DNA of 64,000 nt from an uncultured Clostridia bacterium. Its GTDB lineage: Bacteria > Bacillota > Clostridia > TANB77 > CAG-508. Below, piece by piece: positions 20,004 through 28,216 of the stretch (its first letter is position 1; each line of letters opens with the position of its first letter). The notes under the pieces were generated by a model that did no database searches, was not told where the DNA came from, and saw nothing but the letters and a program-made list of their open reading frames with translations. Made by a program: the position numbers and the translations under genes. Location: NCBI GenBank assembly GCA_944387565.1, contig CALXFJ010000001.1:51218-115217 (forward strand), given 5' to 3'.

Positions 20004-21144
20004 AAAAATTAAACAAATCTTGAAAAGTGAAATTAATATTCCCGATGGATATATTGATGCAATTAATACGGCCTTTTCAAAAAAGAAAAAAAATAATTAC
20101 TTTGTAAAAGTATTAGCAGCAACTTGTTCTGGAATTATTTTAACTGGTGGAATTGCTTTTGCTGGATACACAATATATGAAAGAATATGGAAGGAACCAG
20201 AGAGAGTAAGCAATAGTGATGTTGAGCAATTATTGGAAGATAAAGAAATATCAAAAGAAGATGAAAATATGTTGATAAGTAATGAAGAAGCAGAAGAAAA
20301 AGCTTTGAGTATATTGAATAATTTAGGGTATAAAGAATTAAAAGTTGAAAATATAGAAACAAAGAATACAAACAATATGATTTATTTTAATATAAAAGTA
20401 ATAGGAGATAACAACTTTATAGTTTCAATTGATGGAAAAACAGGGAATTTAATAGGACTTCAAAATTTGAATAATAATTATGAAAATATAGAACAAATTA
20501 GTGAAGATGAAGCAAGAGAATTTTCAGTATATACAAGCAAAAGTTTGAATTTAAATAATGAAGATTATGAGTTAAAATATTGTAAAGAAGAGAATGGAAG
20601 TTTTAGTGAAAAGCAATATAAAGTATGGGTATCAAATTTTAATAGAAAATATGATGATAGATATAATCCCTATGACAGTATGCAAATTCAATTTTACAAA
20701 GAAAATAATAAGTTTCAAGTTATTTCTATAACAATTAATAGAGATTATTCATTTGAAAATAATGAAATAAAAATTAATAAAGAAGAAGCTGAAAAAATTG
20801 CATTGGAGAAAGAAAAACAATTAAGTCAAACAGAAATAGAAGATATTGCTTCAGAACTTGGAATAAGAAAGATGAATACATATATATATAGACTAGAAAA
20901 TAATATAGATATTGCTAATATAGATGAGAGCAATAATGATACTGTTATATATAAAACAGAAAACATTACAAGAAATGTATGGATAGTAACAATAAAGCAT
21001 AAGAAAAAAGAAAATATGACTTTTGATACTAATTTAGAGTATAGTAAGCAAATGGATAAAGAGTATTATGTAGATGCAGCAACTGGTGAAATAATCGGAG
21101 GAGAGGATTACTTTGAAGAATCAAATAATGCATTATACAATTAA
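19981..21144 (+). CDS. putative anti-sigma factor, single-pass membrane protein with PepSY-like repeats
   Basis: Overlaps the end of the sigma gene. Cytoplasmic N-terminus, TM helix (VKVLAATCSGIILTGGIAFAGY) and an extracellular repeated domain. Confidence 0.5.
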   Translation: MLEKSSDEKIKQILKSEINIPDGYIDAINTAFSKKKKNNYFVKVLAATCSGIILTGGIAFAGYTIYERIWKEPERVSNSDVEQLLEDKEISKEDENMLISNEEAEEKALSILNNLGYKELKVENIETKNTNNMIYFNIKVIGDNNFIVSIDGKTGNLIGLQNLNNNYENIEQISEDEAREFSVYTSKSLNLNNEDYELKYCKEENGSFSEKQYKVWVSNFNRKYDDRYNPYDSMQIQFYKENNKFQVISITINRDYSFENNEIKINKEEAEKIALEKEKQLSQTEIEDIASELGIRKMNTYIYRLENNIDIANIDESNNDTVIYKTENITRNVWIVTIKHKKKENMTFDTNLEYSKQMDKEYYVDAATGEIIGGEDYFEESNNALYN

Positions 21145-21145
21145 A

Positions 21146-21173
21146 AAGAAGGAGTTGAAAACAACTCCTTCTT
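21146..21173. terminator. bidirectional terminator
   Basis: 12-bp stem aagaaggagttg/caactccttctt. Confidence 0.65.
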
Positions 21174-21197
21174 CGGCAGAAAGTTAGAAAAAGTTAA

Positions 21198-21665
21198 TTA
21201 ACTAATATAGTACCAATATTCAATGAATGCTTGCCTATAATATCCAGGTGGGTTGGAGATGCTACTTGCATCAAAGAAGATTTGAAGCTGATCGCCATTA
21301 TTAACGTGACAGCTAACTTCAAAATCTACAAGCCCACTTCTGTTGTCGTTTTTTACAGTAGAAGCAAGTGTGCCACCGCCATAAGCTCGTCGTATTTCAG
21401 CTGTTAGCCGAATAGGACTCGAGGCTGCATGTGCATCTTCGCCATAAAAGTGACCGACAATATGTAATGTGCCAGAACGCCGAATGGTTTTCACTTTTGT
21501 TAAGTTGTTGTTGGTCATATGCATAGAACCAACATATGTCATAGATGAACTTGACCAATCTTCAGTTCCTGCTGCAAAAGCAGGTGAAGTTGTTATCGTG
21601 AGCATTGCACATACTATGATGGCAATACTCATGATAAACGCAAGAATGCTTTTTTTTGTTTTCAT
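21198..21665 (-). CDS. small secreted protein, G+C-rich ORFan
   Basis: Signal peptide ends SPAFA. Foreign codon usage. Two in-frame CGG codons (21408-21410, 21480-21482). Confidence 0.55.
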   Translation of the reverse strand: MKTKKSILAFIMSIAIIVCAMLTITTSPAFAAGTEDWSSSSMTYVGSMHMTNNNLTKVKTIRRSGTLHIVGHFYGEDAHAASSPIRLTAEIRRAYGGGTLASTVKNDNRSGLVDFEVSCHVNNGDQLQIFFDASSISNPPGYYRQAFIEYWYYIS

Positions 21666-21845
21666 TTTAACCCCTCCTTTAAAGGTTAAAATTGGTACAA
21701 CTTTCTAGCTTTCCACCTTCTATCAAAAAGATAGTACCAAATATTATAAATGAAAAAAGACATTAATTAGCAAAAAAAGTAAAAAAAAGTAAAAAATGAA
21801 ATATTTTTATATAGTTCTAGACTCTTATTATATGGAGGGGATATT

Positions 21846-22559
21846 ATGCTAAAATTATTAATAGTAGAAGATAATGTAGAGGAGAGTAAACAAATTATAA
21901 ATTATATATCACAAAATAATGATAATATAAAATTATATTGTATGGCATATAGTTATAAAGAAGCAATTAATGCTATAAAAAATAAAAGCGTAGATATAAT
22001 ACTATTAGATTTAAACTTGCCCGATATTTCTGGAATAGAAATTCTAAATTATATTGAAAATAATAAGATAGAAAAATATATTAATTCAATATTAGTTATT
22101 TCTGGGAGATATGATTTAATTTCATCAATACCTCAGAACCAATATGTGTTTTCATATATTACTAAACCATATTCTTTAGAAATCATTCAAAACAAATTAG
22201 TTTCTATGATAAATTACAAAAATGATGAAAATGTAATAGATAGAATTAACAATGAATTAAAAATATTACATTATAATTTTTCCTACAATGGAACGAGATA
22301 TTTATCTGAGACTATATATGAGATATATTGCAAGAAAAACGGAAATGCTGATAATTTAAAGAAAAATGTTTATCCTATAATTGCAGCTAAGCATCAAAAG
22401 TCTATAGAGACAATTTGTGGTAATATAAAGCAAGCAACAAATGAAATGTATTTTGACTGTGAAGAGAACGTATTAAAAAAATATTTTAATTATTCTTATT
22501 GTATTAAGCCAAAAGTAAAAGAGGTTATTTTTACTGTTTTGAATAATATTAAAAAATAA
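21846..22559 (+). CDS. response regulator with Spo0A-type C-terminal DNA-binding domain
   Basis: Receiver domain (LLIVEDN, DIILLDLNLPD, YITKP). The C-terminus aligns with Spo0A_C (VYPIIAAKHQKSIETICGNIKQA...KPKVKEVI). Confidence 0.65.
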   Translation: MLKLLIVEDNVEESKQIINYISQNNDNIKLYCMAYSYKEAINAIKNKSVDIILLDLNLPDISGIEILNYIENNKIEKYINSILVISGRYDLISSIPQNQYVFSYITKPYSLEIIQNKLVSMINYKNDENVIDRINNELKILHYNFSYNGTRYLSETIYEIYCKKNGNADNLKKNVYPIIAAKHQKSIETICGNIKQATNEMYFDCEENVLKKYFNYSYCIKPKVKEVIFTVLNNIKK

Positions 22560-22834
22560 CTTTTGAACGTTAAAAGGTCGATTCTTTGCATGTATCTCAT
22601 CAAATGAATAACCTTTGACTAAAAATTTACATACTATTTTCATCTGCATTATTTAATCTCATTTTATTTAGATACTCCTTTCATAGATTGATTTTATATA
22701 TGCTAGAAGTTTTGTTGAATTATACAAATTTATTTTATTTTTTATTTAGTGTTTCATAATATTTAATTAGATAAATTTTGTATGAAATTTTTACGAATGA
22801 ATAATCTTATATATATCGAGGCGCTCTCGATATA

Positions 22835-23208
22835 TTGACAGAAAATTATTATAAAATCAAAATAATAAATAATGATATTTATAATGATATAAAAGAATAT
22901 TTAGACGAAAGAGGTAAAATAAATACTAAAAATCCATATTTATTTGTAGGGTAAAAAATATTAATACAACAGAACTTGGGAATAGAAATTTTTGCAATCG
23001 TGTATTGAAAAAATATAATAAATTTTGTAATATTTCAAATTTACATCCTCACATACTAAGAGCATTATTTTGTACTAATGCGTTACATCAGGCAGGATAT
23101 TCATTAGTACAAGTCGCAAACCAAGCAGGACATAATAGCTTTAATACTACAAAGAGGTACTTAGTAACTAATGAAGTAGATATATTAGATAAAGCTAATA
23201 AGCTATAA
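22835..23208 (+). pseudogene. tyrosine recombinase/integrase remnant (C-terminal part, frameshifted)
   Basis: ...PYLFVG then a frame change to KNINTTELGNRNF...HPHILRALF...GHNSFNTTKRYL (HxxR ... H ... Y catalytic region). No N-terminal domain. Confidence 0.7.
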
Positions 23209-23345
23209 GAAATTTTTAAAGCATAATATAGAGAATAAAGAATATATTTTTCGTTTAATGATTTTATTCTTTGCAATGATTTCATAGTTATTTTAATAAT
23301 CCTATAAGAAGAACTTTTGGTATTTGTCAAAATAGTTTGAAAAAA

Positions 23346-23420
23346 GTAAAAAAGGTAAAAATAAAAAATTGAAATGGAGTAAAAAGGTAAAAATAAAAAA
23401 TTGAAATGGAGTAAAAAGGA
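23346..23420. repeat. tandem repeat, 32-33 bp unit x2.3
   Basis: gtaaaaa(a)ggtaaaaataaaaaattgaaatgga at 23346-23378 and 23379-23410, plus a partial third copy. Confidence 0.8.
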
Positions 23421-23614
23421 TGATAAAATATGCATAAAATATACATCTAGTTTAAATTTCTTTTAAATAGTAATCACATTATATTTTTTCTAAAGATTAA
23501 TATTCAACAGTATAAAAATATTTCAAAAAATTCACCTTTTATAGATATTAAAATATATTATACAAGGAGGTTTATATTAACTAAAGGTTTTATTAGATAA
23601 AATGAGGGAATTTA

Positions 23615-24805
23615 ATGAAAAATGAGATAGCGAAATATGTCTATTTTGTACTAATGATAATAATTGTGATTTCTTTAACTTTATATCCAACTCAGGTTAA
23701 AGCATATGAAAACATTGATGTATCAACATTAACAGAGGAAAAAGACCCAGGAGAAATTATTGGATTTTTAGGTGATACACCTCAAACAAGAATTACATCT
23801 TCAGATGTAGTATATCATATTATGAATAAAAGCTTTTTTATAAAAAATGCTTACTCAGGACAATATTTAGATGTATATAATGGTAATACTACCTCATATA
23901 CAAATGTTCAACAATGGCCTTATAATGGTGGTTCAAATCAAAGATGGTATATAAACTATAATGGAGATGGAACTTTTACATTTTATTCAGAAGTAGGAAA
24001 TAATATGGTTTTAGACATAAATGAATACGACCCTAATAATGGAGCTAATGTTCAAATTTTTGAATCTAATGGAAGTATTGCTCAAAAATTTAAAATAGGA
24101 TATACAAGTTCATCAACATATGTAATAGTAACTCAGGCAAGTAATTTTACCAAAGCTATATCAACAGCTAATTCTGGATGTACTGCAGGTGAAAATGTAC
24201 ATCAATATGATTATGCTGGGTTATGGAGTGAACGTTGGATATTAGATCCAGTAGAAAAAGATGTTGAATTGGGTGCTTTATATGCAACGGATAATTATAA
24301 TACATATGTACAAGCATATCCAAACTTATCAAATAATGGTGGCGACTGTACTAATTTTGTTTCACAATGTATGTTAGCATCAGGTATTCACTATAATGGT
24401 AATTGGAACATACTTAGAAAAAATGGAAATTATACAGACATTACTTCAAATGCTCAGTTAAATGATAGTTGGTCTGTATCGGATCCTAGTCCATGGATAA
24501 GTGCAGAAGAATTTAAGAATTTTTGGGTTGGAAGAGTTTCAGGAGCTTATAAAGGAACTGGACAACAAATTATAGATAATCCATCATTAATATGGAATTT
24601 ACCAATTACACAAGGTTGTGTCGTACAAAGAGCTGATAAGTTTTTGGGAGATGTAGGAAAAGCTACTCACAGTATGTATATTACTGGATATTTAAATAAT
24701 AACACATATTTACTTACATATCATAGCAACAATACTTTAAGTAAAAGTCTATTAGAATTTTGTGAACAAGACCCTAATTCATATTATTTGTTTTATGTTT
24801 TTTAG
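23615..24805 (+). CDS. secreted ricin-type beta-trefoil lectin fused to a putative amidase domain
   Basis: Signal peptide. QxW repeats (VQQWPYNGGSNQRWYI, IAQKFKI). C-terminal GGDCTNFVSQCMLASG, typical of the Amidase_6-like Cys domain. Confidence 0.6.
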   Translation: MKNEIAKYVYFVLMIIIVISLTLYPTQVKAYENIDVSTLTEEKDPGEIIGFLGDTPQTRITSSDVVYHIMNKSFFIKNAYSGQYLDVYNGNTTSYTNVQQWPYNGGSNQRWYINYNGDGTFTFYSEVGNNMVLDINEYDPNNGANVQIFESNGSIAQKFKIGYTSSSTYVIVTQASNFTKAISTANSGCTAGENVHQYDYAGLWSERWILDPVEKDVELGALYATDNYNTYVQAYPNLSNNGGDCTNFVSQCMLASGIHYNGNWNILRKNGNYTDITSNAQLNDSWSVSDPSPWISAEEFKNFWVGRVSGAYKGTGQQIIDNPSLIWNLPITQGCVVQRADKFLGDVGKATHSMYITGYLNNNTYLLTYHSNNTLSKSLLEFCEQDPNSYYLFYVF

Positions 24806-24828
24806 ATTTTAGAAAGGGGGAGATTAAA

Positions 24829-25389
24829 ATGAGTAAGAAGAAAAAGATTATTTTAATAAGTGTTTTTATAATTATACTAATAACTATAACAGCAATTTCA
24901 GTTAATGGAGTATTAAATATACCTAAAACAGATGAAGAATCAGTACGAAAAGCAAATTTAGAAGCAACACAGGAAGCTTTGGAAAAGAAAGAACAATTTG
25001 CCAAAGATGGTCGAAATATAGCAAGTGTAGAAAATTATGTTGAAGAGGATTTTTCAGAAGAAGAACTACAACGAATAGAAGCACAAAAACAAGAAATGGA
25101 AACCAAAGAGCAAAAAATAAAGGATATAATGAATAGATATTATCCAGAAGAATTCAATAAAGCAGTACAAGCTGTGGAAAATGATAATAAAGGAATTACT
25201 AGTATGCAAAACGATAAACTTTCTGATTCACAAATAAGATTATATGATTTAGTACTAAAAGTATTAGAAGAAGAAAATTTAAATGATGAAGATGCTAATG
25301 TGTTAAAAACTTTTATTATTGACACAAAATGGGAAATAAGTAAGGATGAAAGCTTAAGTGCAAGGGCTGAAAAGGTATTGTCAGAATAA
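24829..25389 (+). CDS. membrane-anchored helical/coiled-coil protein, unknown function
   Basis: N-terminal TM followed by a charged helical region. The start is 23 nt after the preceding stop. Confidence 0.5.
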   Translation: MSKKKKIILISVFIIILITITAISVNGVLNIPKTDEESVRKANLEATQEALEKKEQFAKDGRNIASVENYVEEDFSEEELQRIEAQKQEMETKEQKIKDIMNRYYPEEFNKAVQAVENDNKGITSMQNDKLSDSQIRLYDLVLKVLEEENLNDEDANVLKTFIIDTKWEISKDESLSARAEKVLSE

Positions 25390-25414
25390 AAAAGATAAGG
25401 CTCTTTTGAAAAGA

Positions 25415-25452
25415 CCCCTAATTATTAGATAAAAAATTCTAATAATTAGGGG
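25415..25452 (+). terminator. rho-independent terminator
   Basis: 14-bp stem cccctaattattag/ctaataattagggg. Confidence 0.65.
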
Positions 25453-25646
25453 GTTAAAAAATAAATAAAAATTTAACTCTTATTTAAGGACATATTTATA
25501 TTTAATTTATAAAATAGATATTATTGTATATAAATGTGGATATTTGATTCATTATATTAATAGATAGTAATTATTTGGAAAAATGAAATTTAATATAAAA
25601 ATCTCTTGTACAAAAAATAAAAGTCCTCAAATCAGATTGAGGACTG

Positions 25647-25723
25647 TGGTGCGGCTGACAGGACTTGAACCTGCAACCTTTCGGTTCGTAGCCGAATGCT
25701 CTATCCAGTTAAGCTACAGCCAC
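25647..25723 (-). tRNA. tRNA-Arg (anticodon ACG)
   Basis: Cloverleaf readable on the minus strand: GTGGCTG acceptor, anticodon arm TTCGG-CTACGAA-CCGAA, GGTTCAAGTCC T-arm, encoded CCA. Terminator hairpin at 25622-25645. Confidence 0.9.
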
Positions 25724-25823
25724 ATATATAAAAATATATTTAAGGGTAATTTTGGGAAAAATCAAAAAAGTCTAACCAGAAACCCTATAATATCAATAGT
25801 TATGAACAAATATGCATTTGTTT

Positions 25824-25860
25824 TGTAGCCGAGTGCTCTATCCAGCTAAGCTACTGGTGC
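25824..25860 (-). pseudogene. orphan 5' half of a second tRNA-Arg(ACG)
   Basis: Minus strand GCACCAGTAGCTTAGCTGGATAGAGCACTCGGCTAC matches tRNA positions 1-35, then breaks inside the anticodon. Confidence 0.7.
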
Positions 25861-25938
25861 ATAAAATTAAATACTTTATTATTATATCTCAATTTTTAAA
25901 AATATTCAACAAAAATAAGAATTTTTTTCAAAAAGATA

Positions 25939-25967
25939 TTGCAAATGGTAAAAAAATATGCTATTAT
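25939..25967 (+). promoter_or_regulatory. promoter of tRNA-Pro
   Basis: TTGCAA, 17-nt spacer, TATTAT, about 18 nt before the tRNA. Confidence 0.55.
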
Positions 25968-25985
25968 ATTTAAGTGATTGATTAT

Positions 25986-26061
25986 CGGGGTGTAGCGCAG
26001 TTGGTAGCGCGCGTGGTTTGGGACCATGAGGTCGCAGGTTCGATTCCTGTCGCCCCGACCA
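25986..26061 (+). tRNA. tRNA-Pro (anticodon UGG)
   Basis: CGGGGTG acceptor, anticodon arm CGTGG-TTTGGGA-CCATG, GGTTCGATTCC T-arm, encoded CCA. Confidence 0.9.
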
Positions 26062-26164
26062 TTATTTAATTAAATAAGAGTATACAAAAAGTATTGATCA
26101 AGAAGATTGGTTGATACTTTTTTTAAAATCAGAAAGAATGATTAATATGGAAAGAAGGGGAAAA

Positions 26165-26842
26165 ATGCGTATTTTTGAATTTATTTTTAGTAATAAAGAT
26201 TACTTAGAAGATTTTACAACTAGAAGTACATATCATTCAAATGCTATTGAAGGAAGTACACTTACTTATGCTGAAACATATGCTATTCTTTATAATGACA
26301 ATAGCTTTAAAATCGAAGGAAAAGAACCAAGGGAAATATATGAGGCTATAAATCATAAAAAAGCTTTAGAATTAGTTTTTAAGAATTTACAAAATAATGA
26401 AGAATTTGATGAAAGATTTATCAAAAAATTGAATGAAACAATAAATAGAGATATTAAAGATACTGAGGGTTATAGAACTGTACAAGTATTTATTCAAGGT
26501 AGTGAACATATCCCACCAGAGCCTGAAAAAGTTCCAAATTTAATGATGTATTATATATATAATTATAATCATGATGAGCAAGATATATTTGCTAAAATTG
26601 CTAAGTATCATATTGATTTTGAAAGAATACATCCTTTTGAAGATGGAAATGGAAGAACAGGTAGATTACTTATAAATTATGAATTAATAAAAAATAATTT
26701 GCCACCTGTTGTTATAGCAAAAGAAGATAGGGTAAAGTATTTTGAATTTTTGAAAGATAATGAAACCAATGGATTAGCTCAATGGCTAAAAGAACTATCT
26801 ATAAGAGAAGAAGAAAGAATGAAAAAATTTGGATATAAATAA
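26165..26842 (+). CDS. Fic family protein
   Basis: Fic motif HPFEDGNGRTGR and the N-terminal inhibitory-type motif SNAIEG. The ORF is open from 26111; ATG 26165 has the best RBS. Confidence 0.85.
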   Translation: MRIFEFIFSNKDYLEDFTTRSTYHSNAIEGSTLTYAETYAILYNDNSFKIEGKEPREIYEAINHKKALELVFKNLQNNEEFDERFIKKLNETINRDIKDTEGYRTVQVFIQGSEHIPPEPEKVPNLMMYYIYNYNHDEQDIFAKIAKYHIDFERIHPFEDGNGRTGRLLINYELIKNNLPPVVIAKEDRVKYFEFLKDNETNGLAQWLKELSIREEERMKKFGYK

Positions 26843-26869
26843 AATAATAACCACCAATTCTACAGGTGG

Positions 26870-27658
26870 TTATTTTTCAAAATCTTTAGTATTATTTAGG
26901 ATTCTATTAAAAAAGTTCCTTACACTGTCAATTACAATATTAGATTTACTTGTAATTTCATTTATTTCAGATTGGATTCTTTCTCCTTGTGTATTTCCAG
27001 TAAAAACATATTGCCAATCTGGGTTTTCTGCATAATTTTTATCATAAGTATCAGTTTGTGTAATTATATCTTTAGAATATCCTTTCCCGAAAATTTTCCT
27101 TCTTGTTAGTAAATCATTATTAGGAATTGTATTGGTGTTACTATGCTCCCAACTTGTACTATTTTCTTCTTCTAGATCAAGTTTATCATTAAAAATTTGT
27201 TCTTTAATACTACCATTATAATATTTTTCTCCATCTTTTTGACAATCATCTATACTTAACTCTCTTTGAATAATATGTTCGTTGTCCATAGATATATGGT
27301 AATATTTAGATATTTTTTTAACATTTGGATCATCAAGCATACTTTGTCCATGGGAAAAACTATATGTTTCTCCAGCAATTTTAATATTACTTTGATAATT
27401 AGAATTACCTTGTACTATATGTTCATCTTCCCACCAAAGATCTCCATTTTCACCTATTCCAAAAGTTTCGTTTCCTTTTTTTAAAGTCTCTATATGTCCA
27501 TCTTTATACATAGGATATAAATCCTCACCAATTAATTCACGTAATTTTTCTGTAATTATATAAGGTTTACTTTCTAAATATTTTACAATCTGTGTATTAA
27601 CACCTGATTCTTTTAAATATTCAAAATATTTTTTTGAAATCTCGCTATTTGTTAACAT
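26870..27658 (-). CDS. hypothetical protein (262 aa)
   Basis: Long ORF translationally coupled to 27645-28100. No motif recognised. Confidence 0.5.
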   Translation of the reverse strand: MLTNSEISKKYFEYLKESGVNTQIVKYLESKPYIITEKLRELIGEDLYPMYKDGHIETLKKGNETFGIGENGDLWWEDEHIVQGNSNYQSNIKIAGETYSFSHGQSMLDDPNVKKISKYYHISMDNEHIIQRELSIDDCQKDGEKYYNGSIKEQIFNDKLDLEEENSTSWEHSNTNTIPNNDLLTRRKIFGKGYSKDIITQTDTYDKNYAENPDWQYVFTGNTQGERIQSEINEITSKSNIVIDSVRNFFNRILNNTKDFEK

Positions 27659-28100
27659 CTTTTTTCTTTATAATGGCTTTTAATTTTCTTATCAAATTTA
27701 TGAAAAAATTATTTTTTTCTTTTTTAATTGGCATTAGTACATTTTCTTTTGGCTCTATATTATTTTTTAGTCTATCTTTAAATATATCATCAGGATTATA
27801 TTTAAGTCTTTTTTCATTTTCATTTTTTAAAAAATTATCATAATAAATTTTTTTATATTTTTGCTTATCATCTTCATTTAACCAAAAATTATAATTTAAA
27901 TATGATAATATTTCTAATGTTTCTTTTTGAAGATTTTGTTCTGATAATGGTTTAGTTAAATCATATTTAAAATTATTATTTCCTGATTTATAATTTCTTA
28001 TTATTTCTATAATATCATTAGGAATTTTAGAAATAAATTTATTATCCATATGATTTAAAATTTCATCTACTTCATCTAATGCCATATAATAGTTAGCCAT
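27645..28100 (-). CDS. hypothetical protein (151 aa)
   Basis: RBS ggagg. Own TTGACA-type promoter downstream of the ntp terminator. Confidence 0.5.
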   Translation of the reverse strand: MANYYMALDEVDEILNHMDNKFISKIPNDIIEIIRNYKSGNNNFKYDLTKPLSEQNLQKETLEILSYLNYNFWLNEDDKQKYKKIYYDNFLKNENEKRLKYNPDDIFKDRLKNNIEPKENVLMPIKKEKNNFFINLIRKLKAIIKKKDVNK

Positions 28101-28181
28101 TAATTAACCTCCGTTTTTTTAAATTTAAAAATAATTTAAATTTAGTTTAACATTTTATAGTGTTTCTGTCAAAAAATATTC

Positions 28182-28212
28182 TATTATCTTAAAAATTTTA
28201 ATTAAGATAATA
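28182..28212 (-). terminator. terminator of the V-ATPase operon
   Basis: 11-bp stem tattatcttaa/ttaagataata immediately after the ntpD stop. Confidence 0.55.
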
Positions 28213-28216
28213 AACA

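Noticed and set aside
23346-23420. Possible CRISPR array
   Set aside because: It has only 2.3 directly abutting copies of a 32-bp unit with no spacers, is extremely A-rich, and has no cas genes in the window. It is a plain tandem repeat.
25583-25828. ORF 25583-25828 (81 aa)
   Set aside because: It runs antisense through the tRNA-Arg gene and its terminator. It is an artefact of open frame across a structured RNA locus.
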